A stretch of 64,000 bases of DNA from Candidatus Doudnabacteria bacterium (GTDB taxonomy: Bacteria > Patescibacteriota > Doudnabacteria > UBA920 > O2-02-FULL-48-8), in the NCBI GenBank assembly GCA_016186915.1, contig JACPKU010000006.1:249619-313618 (forward strand). Direction: 5' to 3'. A program made the translations under genes and the position numbers. Shown here piece after piece: positions 34,545-43,439 of this stretch. Under the pieces are notes generated by a model. It made no database searches, was not told where the DNA came from, and worked only from the letters and a program-made list of their open reading frames with translations. Every line of letters starts with the position of its first letter. The stretch's first letter is position 1.

Positions 34545-35411
34545 TTATCTAGTTGATTTAAATTTCCGGGCCTGCTTGTTTGCCTTCAAAAGTTTAATCT
34601 TTTTTTCCGCTTCTTTCTGCAAAGCGTCAGTGGCAGGACCAAGAATTTTTCTGGGATCATAAATTTGCGGATGTTTTTTCAGGTTCTGTATGAGCGCTTG
34701 ATTGAATGCGACGCGCAGGTCAGTGTCTATGTTGAAAATCACCACGCCCAACCTGATTGCTTGTCTGATCTGCTTGTCGGAAACTCCCGAGGCGCCGTGC
34801 AGAACCAGCGGGACCTTGACGGCTTTGCGTATCTGCTTCAGCCTGTCCAAATCAATATGCTCTTTGAGAGTCTTTAAAATTTTCTTGACTTTCGGGTTTA
34901 TCGGGATGCCGTGCCACGAGCCTACTGCCACGGCCAGTGTATCAATTCTTGTCTCGCGCACAAACTCTGCCGCTTGGGCAGGATCTGTCATTAGATCCTC
35001 ACCTGACTTCACATCCTGCCAGTCTTCATTGCCCAAAATCCTTCCCAGCTCTGCCTGCACCCACACGCCTCGTTTGTGCGCATAGCTCACTACCTGCTTG
35101 GTCAACTTTATATTTTCTTTGAAAGGCAAGTGCGAAACATCAATCATCACCGAAGAGTATCCCTGGTTAATCAACTTCTTAATCAAACCAAAGTCTTTGC
35201 AATGATCCTGATGCAGGGCGACTGGCACTTTCGCCTTCCTGGCCTCTGTCTTTATTATACCAGCTAATTCTTCAATCCCCGCATACTCCAACGCCCCTAC
35301 CGAGGTTTGCACTATTATTGGAGCTTTCTGCGCCTCTGCCGCCCTGATAATGCCAAGTGTAACTTCTAGGTCCTGCGTGTTGAAAGCCGGCAGAGCATAT
35401 TTGCCCAGCAT
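34545..35411 (-). CDS. fba: class II fructose/tagatose-bisphosphate aldolase
   Basis: Likely start is MLGKYALPAFN; zinc-ligand pattern HQDH. Confidence 0.8.
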   Translation of the reverse strand: MLGKYALPAFNTQDLEVTLGIIRAAEAQKAPIIVQTSVGALEYAGIEELAGIIKTEARKAKVPVALHQDHCKDFGLIKKLINQGYSSVMIDVSHLPFKENIKLTKQVVSYAHKRGVWVQAELGRILGNEDWQDVKSGEDLMTDPAQAAEFVRETRIDTLAVAVGSWHGIPINPKVKKILKTLKEHIDLDRLKQIRKAVKVPLVLHGASGVSDKQIRQAIRLGVVIFNIDTDLRVAFNQALIQNLKKHPQIYDPRKILGPATDALQKEAEKKIKLLKANKQARKFKSTR

Positions 35412-35483
35412 CTTGCGATTGATCAGTTTTCCAATGTGTACGAGCAATTTTTTCCCTGAGCGGAGCGAAACGGAGTCGAAGGG

Positions 35484-35768
35484 TTATTCCCATTTACCCC
35501 ACTCGCCAGTGATTAATTTTTTTTTCTTCTTTCTCGTCCAACCTTTTAATTGTTTTTCACGTAAACTTGCCTCTTCAAAACTTTCATATTCTTCTAAATA
35601 AACTAGTCGCTTTGGTTTGTGCTGTTTTGTATATTCTCCCCCTAAACCAGATATATGCTGGATCCATCTCTGATCAGGCTTCCAAGTTCTGCCAACATAA
35701 TAAGACTTGTCTTCGCATTCTATTATATACACATACCATTTCCACTTCATACGAAATGCCTTCGACAA
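35484..35768 (-). CDS. GIY-YIG nuclease-domain protein (UPF0213-like)
   Basis: YVYIIECEDKSYYVGRT; 94 aa. Confidence 0.7.
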   Translation of the reverse strand: MSKAFRMKWKWYVYIIECEDKSYYVGRTWKPDQRWIQHISGLGGEYTKQHKPKRLVYLEEYESFEEASLREKQLKGWTRKKKKKLITGEWGKWE

Positions 35769-35777
35769 GCTCAGGCA

Positions 35778-35987
35778 TCAAAAGCTAAATCCTGCTCTCA
35801 TCACCTCCCAAAAACTTGGCAAATTAGTGGATTGCCCAGTCTGCTTGCATACTGCGTAAGCAATGTGATAGTTACACTCCAGATTGGTGTTCTCGGTTAT
35901 TGCCTTGATCCCACGCCAATAGAAAAAGATAAAAGCGATCAGCAGAAGCCAAATCAACCTTGTTCGATTTTTTTTACGTAGAAGCAT
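35778..35987 (-). CDS. small hypothetical membrane protein
   Basis: One TM; 69 aa; same strand as its neighbours. Confidence 0.3.
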   Translation of the reverse strand: MLLRKKNRTRLIWLLLIAFIFFYWRGIKAITENTNLECNYHIAYAVCKQTGQSTNLPSFWEVMRAGFSF

Positions 35988-35990
35988 AGG

Positions 35991-36740
35991 TTAATCTATA
36001 AATTTGAAAGTAGAAAGGATTCGGTTAATTACTTTAATATCACTATCGTTAATATCGGCGCTTATAGGGATTTGCAAACCAACTGGCGGGTACTCCTGGA
36101 CATTTTCGGTTCTTGCCTGAGCATAAAGGACACCTGAACTCGTCCATGAAGATGAAACATCATCGAATTTAATTCGATACAAGAATACTTTGCCTTCTCG
36201 GGTGGCAAATTCCTTACCATCAGTGCCAGTTCCTAATACACGAAGTGGCGGAACCTCTGCGCCTTTTGGCAGGACAAATACTTTTCCTTCCTGACCAGAA
36301 AACTCGAACACAGGATCAACCCCGCCTGAAAGTGAAGTTTTAACATTCCATCCGGCCGGATATTTTAACTCAAACCCATATTCTTCATTGCGGTAGGTTT
36401 GCCAGTTGGCAGTCTCGTCAACTTCGTCCGGCTCAATCACTTCCCAACCTTCCGGCACATCGCACGGGGTGGGGAATTCTTTTACTTCGCCAGTTTGAGG
36501 GTTGCGAGCCGGGGTAACCACCTGAATGCAGACCCCTGACATATTATTCTTATTATCCTTATCAGACCTATTATCCCTATCGTTCCTATTTTCAATCCAA
36601 TACACACCAGCCACAACCACGGCAAAGATCAACACTAAAAACACATAACCCCATATTCTATGTCTGCTAAGCCAGCTCGGCTGAGGTTCTGGTTCTTGTT
36701 GGTGATTTGTGGAGTTAAACGAATTTATATTATTTTCCAT
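35991..36740 (-). CDS. secreted/membrane-anchored protein with WxTYxNEEYGF...ILSTFKF domain (paralog 2)
   Basis: N-terminal TM. NWQTYRNEEYGFELKYPAGW ... ILSTFKFID. The start is at 36740, or at 36761 inside the palindrome. Confidence 0.55.
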   Translation of the reverse strand: MENNINSFNSTNHQQEPEPQPSWLSRHRIWGYVFLVLIFAVVVAGVYWIENRNDRDNRSDKDNKNNMSGVCIQVVTPARNPQTGEVKEFPTPCDVPEGWEVIEPDEVDETANWQTYRNEEYGFELKYPAGWNVKTSLSGGVDPVFEFSGQEGKVFVLPKGAEVPPLRVLGTGTDGKEFATREGKVFLYRIKFDDVSSSWTSSGVLYAQARTENVQEYPPVGLQIPISADINDSDIKVINRILSTFKFID

Positions 36741-36754
36741 ATCCCTTTTCTCCA

Positions 36755-36782
36755 CATTCATACACGACTGTATGAATGTATT
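36755..36782. repeat. 28-bp perfect palindrome CATTCATACA-CGAC-TGTATGAATG(TATT), copy 2
   Basis: Identical copies at 1-28, 37283-37310 and 49569-49595. Its last T plus the next A form the stop codon of the YerC-like gene. Confidence 0.9.
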
Positions 36783-37272
36783 AACCTTCTAAGGTTCTTT
36801 TTGCAGAACGTTGTTTCAGTTTCTTTCTGATAAAACGGTTTGCCGCTGGAACTCCTTCGGTGACTAAATTTGCCAAAAATGTTTCGGCCGGAGCTTTTCG
36901 GCGCACCCTTCTTTCTAAAATTGCTTGTCTTTCTTCGCGCTTCCCTTGGTATTTATGTTCCAGATCTTGTAACTTAGAGTGTACCTTTCTCAATCCATCG
37001 CCATGAATCACGAGAATATTACTGACATTATTAATAGTTCTGGAAGTAACCCTCAAAGCATTTATTATTTCTTCATAGGTTTGACCTTGAAGTAGTCGTC
37101 GCGCAATTTCTAATCTTTTAGCGAACATTTTGTATTCCGTATGTGTAAACAAATCTTTAAACAGCAACCTGATATCCTCCTTAGAATCCATCAGAGTAAA
37201 TGCGGCCCATAAATTGTTCACATAGTGACCAAAATGCTCGGGATCTAAATGTAGTCTTGAAAGTTTTGTCAT
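36781..37272 (-). CDS. YerC/YecD (TrpR-like) family HTH protein with basic C-terminal tail
   Basis: LFTHTEYKMFAKRLEIARRLLQGQTYEEIINALRVTSRTINNVSNILVIHGDG matches the YerC pattern. Likely start is MTKLS. Confidence 0.6.
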   Translation of the reverse strand: MTKLSRLHLDPEHFGHYVNNLWAAFTLMDSKEDIRLLFKDLFTHTEYKMFAKRLEIARRLLQGQTYEEIINALRVTSRTINNVSNILVIHGDGLRKVHSKLQDLEHKYQGKREERQAILERRVRRKAPAETFLANLVTEGVPAANRFIRKKLKQRSAKRTLEG

Positions 37273-37282
37273 TTTTTTTTCA

Positions 37283-37310
37283 CATTCATACACGACTGTA
37301 TGAATGTATT
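37283..37310. repeat. 28-bp perfect palindrome, copy 3, about 10 nt upstream of the YerC-like start
   Basis: Seen in the sequence. Confidence 0.9.
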
Positions 37311-37323
37311 GTATCAATAAACT

Positions 37324-38289
37324 TTACGACTTCACAAGGTTTGGCGGGGTTTGGCCTTTCAGCGCAGCGTTAATATTCTCTGCCGCCACGCGGCTCATAT
37401 TATCTCTGGTTTCAATGGTGGCGGAAGCAGTGTGCGGCGTGATGACAATGTTTTCAAGCTCTGCCAGACCCGGAGTGAGTTCTGGCTCGTGCTCCCAAAC
37501 ATCGATGCCAGCGCCGAATATATCCTGCTTCTGCAAGGCTTCCAGCAAGGCTTGTTCATCCACCACTGGACCGCGTGATGTGTTGATTAAAACAGCGGTT
37601 TTTTTCATCAGCTCGAATTGCGGCGTGGAAATCAAATGTTTAGTTTCTGGAGTCAACGGGACGTGAACGGATATAAAATCTGAAGTCTTGAGCAACTCCT
37701 CCATGCTCACGGCCCTCGCCCCTATCTCTTGATCCAAATCTTTATTTACACTGTCACGATCATAATAAACCACCTTCATCCCAAATCCTTTGCTTGCTCG
37801 CCGAGCTAAAGTGGAGCCGATTTTTCCAAGACCAATAATACCCAATGTTTTCTCGCTCACATCCTGACCCAAAAGCAGAAACGGCTGCCAGCCTTGATAC
37901 TTCCCCGCTCTAGAAAATCGGTCTGATTCTACGATCCGCCGCCCCACAGCGAGTATCAGACCAAATGCATGATCAGCCACCGAACCAGTCAGAATGTCCG
38001 GGGTATTGGTCACTAATACATTGCGAACTTGGGCGTCCTTAATATTGATATTATCAAAACCCACAGCATAGTTAGCCACGATCTTAAGCTGTTTGCCGGC
38101 CGCATCCAATATTTCACCATCAATCTGGTCCACCAGCTGCGACAATATGCCGTCTGCGCCAGCGACCGCGTCTTTCAACTCTTCCCGACTTAAGGGTCGA
38201 TCAAGAGGCGAGACTTCCACTTCGTGTCCGGCTTTTTCCAAAACATCAATTCCGATTTGGGGAATTTTACGGGTAACGTATATTTTCAA
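37324..38289 (-). CDS. D-isomer-specific 2-hydroxyacid dehydrogenase (glycerate/hydroxypyruvate reductase-like)
   Basis: GxGxxG NAD-binding motif (GIIGLGKIG); 321 aa. Confidence 0.8.
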   Translation of the reverse strand: MKIYVTRKIPQIGIDVLEKAGHEVEVSPLDRPLSREELKDAVAGADGILSQLVDQIDGEILDAAGKQLKIVANYAVGFDNINIKDAQVRNVLVTNTPDILTGSVADHAFGLILAVGRRIVESDRFSRAGKYQGWQPFLLLGQDVSEKTLGIIGLGKIGSTLARRASKGFGMKVVYYDRDSVNKDLDQEIGARAVSMEELLKTSDFISVHVPLTPETKHLISTPQFELMKKTAVLINTSRGPVVDEQALLEALQKQDIFGAGIDVWEHEPELTPGLAELENIVITPHTASATIETRDNMSRVAAENINAALKGQTPPNLVKS

Positions 38290-38290
38290 A

Positions 38291-39268
38291 TTATATCTCC
38301 TTCGCTCTGAATTTTTTATTTTTTCTCAAGTAGCTTTCGATTTGTTTCTTGGTTTGCAGTCCTTCGTGCGGGCCAATGTGCAAAACCACGTTGCCCCCAT
38401 TGATCGTTCCCCAAGCCATAGCCTCGGGAACTGATTTGCCATAGTAGATAGCAGAAGTAAAAGCCGTGCCGAAACTGTCCCCTGCGCCCGTGGCTTCGAT
38501 CTTGGGGCCTGGGTATTCCATCATATACCACACCTTATTAGCGTCAGAAGCATAAGAACCATCTCTGCCATCTGTGATCACTGCGATCTTGGCTCCCAGC
38601 TTGTGCATCCCCTTAAGTAAAATTTTGACATTTCTGGTTTGCTGTTTCAAAACCAACTGCGCCTCTTCTCGATTGAGCGCCAAGATTTCGGTATGTTTAT
38701 AAATCTCTTTCAGCTTAGTCGTGCCCATCCGCATCTGAAAAGTGCCGGGATTGAAAGAAAGTTTTATTTTGGGATGGCGATTTAAAAACTGAGCAAACTG
38801 TTTATGGAACTTTTCTGTCCCTTGAGCCATGGAAGAAAAATAAATCCATTTGGTGTCCAAACTTTTGGGAAGTTTATAGTCAAGCTTATTGTGCTTGATG
38901 AGGATAGTGCGCTCACCTTTAAAGTTCAGGACGAAATGAAAATTCGTCTGCCTGCCCTTGTTCACTTGGATATAGCGGGTGTCCACTTTTTCTTTTTTTA
39001 GCTTATCTATAATGCTCTGGCCCTGGAGATCATCGCCGATTCCCGTTATAAACGCCGGTTTCATGCCGAGCCGGGAAGAACCCACAGCATTATTAGTGGA
39101 GTTGCCTGCCGGCAAAATAGTCAGTTTCTCGTAAGGAATTTTGTCTGCATAGCTCATGCACAGCTGGCAGTCAGTATGATCCACTTTGCAGTTAACTGAA
39201 GCCTCGTGCAGTTCTATGAAGGCGTCTATAGTTGTATCACCAATTGATACAATGTCATATTTAGGCAT
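38291..39268 (-). CDS. PfkB-family carbohydrate kinase
   Basis: GAGDSFG motif; 325 aa. Confidence 0.75.
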   Translation of the reverse strand: MPKYDIVSIGDTTIDAFIELHEASVNCKVDHTDCQLCMSYADKIPYEKLTILPAGNSTNNAVGSSRLGMKPAFITGIGDDLQGQSIIDKLKKEKVDTRYIQVNKGRQTNFHFVLNFKGERTILIKHNKLDYKLPKSLDTKWIYFSSMAQGTEKFHKQFAQFLNRHPKIKLSFNPGTFQMRMGTTKLKEIYKHTEILALNREEAQLVLKQQTRNVKILLKGMHKLGAKIAVITDGRDGSYASDANKVWYMMEYPGPKIEATGAGDSFGTAFTSAIYYGKSVPEAMAWGTINGGNVVLHIGPHEGLQTKKQIESYLRKNKKFRAKEI

Positions 39269-39386
39269 TTTGTTTCGAAAAGATAATTTTCTTCGTCCTT
39301 ATTATAATGAATTTAAATTGTTTTGTAAACCTATTCTCCCATAAGTAACAACCCAGGTTCGATAAATCCCTAGTTGTTACAAATAA

Positions 39387-40358
39387 CTATTTTCGTTTTA
39401 CTACTGCTTGAACTGCTTTAATAATCGCCTTGCTGTCCATGCCCCATTTAGCAATCAATTCATTGGGTTCGCCTGATTCGCCAAATTGGTCTGGCATGCC
39501 CACAAATTCCTGCGGCACGGGATAATTTTTAGCAAGTGCTTCCGCAACTGCGCTGCCTACGCCGCCTGTTACTTGATGTTCTTCTGCACTAACCACACAC
39601 CCGGTTTTTTTCACAGAAGCAATCAGGGCCTGTTCGTCAAGTGGCTTAACTGAAACCAAATTAATCACTTCGCACTCAATTCCTTCTTTGGAAAGTTCAT
39701 TGGCAGCCTGCAGGCTGTAATAAACTTGCGGCCCAGCGGCGGCAATGGTGCAATGCTTGCCTTCACGATAGATAAAGGCCTTGCCGATCTCAAACGGGGT
39801 ATCTTCTGTCGTGAATTTTGGGGTCTTTTCACGGGCCAATCTAATATACACCGGCCCCTTATGATTTGCAGCCGCAATTGTAACCTTGCGCGCTTCAATA
39901 GCGTCACATGGCACCAACACGGTCATGCGCGGCAACACCCTCGTAATTGCAATGTCCTCCAAGGCCTGATGAGTAGCACCATCCGGACCCACTGAAATAC
40001 CTGCGTGTGAACCGATGATTTTCACATTATTTCCTGAATAGCAAATTGCCACGCGAATCTGATCCCAATTGCGGCCAGGAGAAAATACGGCATAAGAAGT
40101 GACAAAAGGAATTTTTCCTTCGTGAGCCATACCAGCGCCGAGGCCTGCCAAGTTTTGCTCGGCCACACCCACTTCCACGTACCTTTCTGGAAACTGCTTG
40201 GCAAACTCCAAGGTCCTGGTGGACTCCACCAGATCGCAACACAGCGCCACCACATTCGGGTTTTCCTTGCCCAAAATCACCAAGCCTTCCCCATAGCCAT
40301 TCCGGATCGGAGCTTGTTCGATGTCAGGAGAAAATAAATTGTCAGCTAATTTAACCAT
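39387..40358 (-). CDS. transketolase, C-terminal subunit
   Basis: Pyrimidine-binding and C-terminal domains; 323 aa. Confidence 0.85.
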   Translation of the reverse strand: MVKLADNLFSPDIEQAPIRNGYGEGLVILGKENPNVVALCCDLVESTRTLEFAKQFPERYVEVGVAEQNLAGLGAGMAHEGKIPFVTSYAVFSPGRNWDQIRVAICYSGNNVKIIGSHAGISVGPDGATHQALEDIAITRVLPRMTVLVPCDAIEARKVTIAAANHKGPVYIRLAREKTPKFTTEDTPFEIGKAFIYREGKHCTIAAAGPQVYYSLQAANELSKEGIECEVINLVSVKPLDEQALIASVKKTGCVVSAEEHQVTGGVGSAVAEALAKNYPVPQEFVGMPDQFGESGEPNELIAKWGMDSKAIIKAVQAVVKRK

Positions 40359-40367
40359 AAATATAGT

Positions 40368-40643
40368 TCAATTCTCTTTCGGCGTAAGATTTTTCCTATT
40401 CTCGGTATCTGCTATATCTGCCATAATCACATCCAACTCTTCTGGAGAAAGATGGAGTAGGTTTGCGGAGCCAGGTTCAAGCTCCAATATTTGTCTGGCC
40501 AAGGTTAAGGCCTCTCCACCTAATTCCGCCACAGATCCCCAATCGTCCTGTCTTTTAGCTGTCTCCATGGCGGTTCTCACCTCCCGGTATCCCATCATTA
40601 ACTCTTCCAGCGCCACTCTTTTTTCCACTTCTGGATTATTCAT
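40368..40643 (-). CDS. 91-aa helical hypothetical protein inserted between the transketolase subunit genes
   Basis: ORF overlaps the tkt-N stop by 8 nt. Confidence 0.4.
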   Translation of the reverse strand: MNNPEVEKRVALEELMMGYREVRTAMETAKRQDDWGSVAELGGEALTLARQILELEPGSANLLHLSPEELDVIMADIADTENRKNLTPKEN

Positions 40644-41490
40644 GTTCGCTCCTGATCCTCCCTCCCAAAGTCCGTAGTTCTTTCAACGCCTGCCTCGCCT
40701 CCTCCTCTTTCGGCGGTTTGCCGTGCCACTCATAGCGGTATTCCATAAAGTCCACGCCTTTGCCAGGAATTGTGTGGCAAATAATCAAAGTCGGATTTTC
40801 CGCAATCGCTTTGGCCCTGTTGCAAGCATCAATGATTTCTTGAATATTATGTCCGTCTACCTCCACCACGGTCCAGTTCATAGCTTCATATTTGGCACGC
40901 AGTGGCTCAAGCGGCATTACTTCTTCCGTATAGCCGTCAATCTGGATGTTGTTGCGGTCCATCAAAGCCGTGAGGTTTCGTAAATTATATTTGCCGGCAA
41001 ACATCGCGGCTTCCCAGGTTTGGCCTTCTTGCTGTTCGCCATCAGACATTACGCAATAAACCCGCCAAGGTTTTTTGTCCCAATAAAGCCCGCTATAAGC
41101 CATACCCGCGGCCTGGGATAAGCCTTGGCCCAAAGGCCCAGAGGAATTTTCAGCTCCCGGCAGGACTTCGTTGTGCGGGTGCCCGTGCAGACGGGTACCG
41201 AGTTTACGCAATGTAGCCAGCTCTGAGTGCGGAAAAAAACCCGCATGCGCCAAAGTGGCATACCATACAGGACAGATGTGGCCGCATGATAAAACAAACC
41301 GATCCCTTTCAGGCAGTTTGGGATTTTGCGGATCATAATTCATCACGCCAAAATAAAGCGCAGTAAATACATCGGCCATACCCAAAGGGCCGGCGCTATG
41401 TCCAGACCCGGCATGCACCAGCATCTTGATAATATCCTGCCTTATTTCATTGGCTTTGTCTTCAAGTTGTCTAATGTTCGCTCCCATCAA
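40636..41490 (-). CDS. transketolase, N-terminal (TPP-binding) subunit
   Basis: GHSAGPLGMAD motif; 284 aa. Confidence 0.85.
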   Translation of the reverse strand: MMGANIRQLEDKANEIRQDIIKMLVHAGSGHSAGPLGMADVFTALYFGVMNYDPQNPKLPERDRFVLSCGHICPVWYATLAHAGFFPHSELATLRKLGTRLHGHPHNEVLPGAENSSGPLGQGLSQAAGMAYSGLYWDKKPWRVYCVMSDGEQQEGQTWEAAMFAGKYNLRNLTALMDRNNIQIDGYTEEVMPLEPLRAKYEAMNWTVVEVDGHNIQEIIDACNRAKAIAENPTLIICHTIPGKGVDFMEYRYEWHGKPPKEEEARQALKELRTLGGRIRSEHE

Positions 41491-42140
41491 GAAATGTCCT
41501 TGATTAATTCCTCAATTGTTTGTTTCTTATTTGCCGACTTGGCGATTGCTGAGCCGGCCACAATAATGTCTGCGCCGGCTTCCACGCATTTGCGGGCGAT
41601 GCCGACTTTCACGCCGCCGTCCACTGCAATTATCGCATTCTTTTTTAGTTTTTTCAACTCTTTTATCTTTTCGATTGTCTCCTTCTTAAACTCTCGTCCT
41701 TGTGCCCCAGGATGAATCCCCATCAACTGCACCAGATTCACTTTGTCCAAATATTTAGCGGCTTCAAATAGCTTTACTTCCGGATTAATTACCAATCCGA
41801 TATGCAAGTTCAATTTGTGCGCTTCGACAATGCTGGCGTTGACTTCCTCCTCGTTTTCAAAAGCGTCAAACTGCACGAGCACTGTGCCAAAACCCACGCG
41901 CTTGGCCGCGGCAAAGTACTGCTTCGGGTCAAAAGTCATAAAATGGGCGGTCAAGGAAAAAGGGGACTGAAAAAAATCCAAACTTCCGACCTCTAAAGTT
42001 TTATGCGGCAAATATTCGCCGTCGATAAAATCTATGTGAAGTTGTTTGAAGTGATGACTCAATGCAAAAAGTTCCGAATACTGCTTTCGGAAATCGGATA
42101 AATCACCAGTCAAAATTGCGGGTGCTAATTCAGCCATCAA
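41487..42140 (-). CDS. rpe: ribulose-phosphate 3-epimerase
   Basis: TIM-barrel; C-terminus AVDGGVKVGIARKCVEAGADIIVAGSAI. Confidence 0.7.
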   Translation of the reverse strand: MMAELAPAILTGDLSDFRKQYSELFALSHHFKQLHIDFIDGEYLPHKTLEVGSLDFFQSPFSLTAHFMTFDPKQYFAAAKRVGFGTVLVQFDAFENEEEVNASIVEAHKLNLHIGLVINPEVKLFEAAKYLDKVNLVQLMGIHPGAQGREFKKETIEKIKELKKLKKNAIIAVDGGVKVGIARKCVEAGADIIVAGSAIAKSANKKQTIEELIKDIS

Positions 42141-42589
42141 AGATTCTCGTCAATCTTTTTAACTTTGTTAAGCCTGCGGACATAGCGCTCGGTGTTTTTA
42201 TCAAACGGCGTGTTTAAAAAAGTATGCACGATTTTTCTGGCATTTTCCAGAGTTAAATAGTCAGCTGGCAAGCATAAGACATTGGCGTCGTCGTCATTTC
42301 TGACTTTGTAAGCCGACTTTTCCGTCCAAGCCAACCCCGCCCGAACTCCTTTGACCTTATTCGCCACAATGCACTCCCCTTGGCCGCTGCGACAAGCCAA
42401 AATTCCAAGCGAATCAGGATCATTGCCCACTTTTAGTCCCAAGTCCCAAGCATAGTCTGGATAATCATCTTCCGGTACAAAGGTAAAAGCGCCCAAGTCT
42501 TTGTACTCGACATGCCACTCGTCAAGCCACTCCTTGATTTCCTCTTTGAGTTTGAACCCGCCGTGGTCAGCCCCTAGATAAACTTTCAT
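42137..42589 (-). CDS. rpiB: ribose-5-phosphate isomerase B
   Basis: GADHGGFKLKE; 150 aa. Confidence 0.85.
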   Translation of the reverse strand: MKVYLGADHGGFKLKEEIKEWLDEWHVEYKDLGAFTFVPEDDYPDYAWDLGLKVGNDPDSLGILACRSGQGECIVANKVKGVRAGLAWTEKSAYKVRNDDDANVLCLPADYLTLENARKIVHTFLNTPFDKNTERYVRRLNKVKKIDENL

Positions 42590-42660
42590 AGCCTCTCTTC
42601 TCCCGTTCCCGCGAAGGCGGGAATCTAATTACTGGATCCCGGATCGGAGTCCGGGGTGGT

Positions 42661-43437
42661 TCATGAATGAATGCTTTCCCTATAGAATTCATGAACCACC
42701 TCCCAAAAATCTCCCGGGTCGAGACTGGCCGCCCCGACCAAGGCGCCATCAATTTCTGGATACTTGGTGTATTCATGGACATTATTTTTGTTCACTGTCC
42801 CGCCATACAGAATCAACATATTTTTCGCCCTTGCCTCTCCCACTTCGTGCGACAACAACTCTTGAATATGTAAGATTAACTCTCTGGCATGCTCGCCGCT
42901 GGCGTGTTCTGAATTTTTCACAGTGGAAATCGCCCAGGTGGGTTCGTAGGCAAACACTATTTTCTCTATCTGTTTTCTGTCCAGATTCTTAATGGCGGCG
43001 TGGAATTGTCTGGTCACCAGAGGCTTCATTTCGTCTTTTTTGGCTGCTTTGTCTCCTCCTAAACATACCACAGGCACGAGTCTGGTCTTTAACACTTGGA
43101 CTATCTTTTTGCTAATCATTTCTTCTGTCTCACCAAGATAAATCCGTCTTTCAGAATGCCCTAAGATGACATATTTTACTTTCCATTGTTTAAGCTGACT
43201 GCCGGAAACCTCACCAGTCAAAGGGCCGCCATCCAGCCAGCTGACGTTTTGCGCGCCCAACACCACGTTGTGGCTGGTATGATTAAGGGGTGCTAAAAAC
43301 ACTGCCGGCGGACACACACAAACTTCCAGGTTTTCTTGCACCAGATGCATTTTGTGCTCTATGGGCAAAAGAATGCCCCGCGCCTGCTCAATAGTTTCAG
43401 GGTTCATCTTCCAGTTGCCGATAATAAGCTTTGTCAT
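42661..43437 (-). CDS. tpiA: triosephosphate isomerase
   Basis: IGNWKMN. The last 13 codons are encoded by a 46-bp palindrome. Confidence 0.9.
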   Translation of the reverse strand: MTKLIIGNWKMNPETIEQARGILLPIEHKMHLVQENLEVCVCPPAVFLAPLNHTSHNVVLGAQNVSWLDGGPLTGEVSGSQLKQWKVKYVILGHSERRIYLGETEEMISKKIVQVLKTRLVPVVCLGGDKAAKKDEMKPLVTRQFHAAIKNLDRKQIEKIVFAYEPTWAISTVKNSEHASGEHARELILHIQELLSHEVGEARAKNMLILYGGTVNKNNVHEYTKYPEIDGALVGAASLDPGDFWEVVHEFYRESIHS

Positions 43438-43439
43438 AA

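Noticed and set aside
39330-39372. Possible tRNA at the hairpin GTAACAAC...GGTTCGATAAATCCC...GTTGTTAC.
   Set aside because: It is a single 8-bp stem with a large loop. No acceptor, D or anticodon arms, and the T-loop is of the wrong length.
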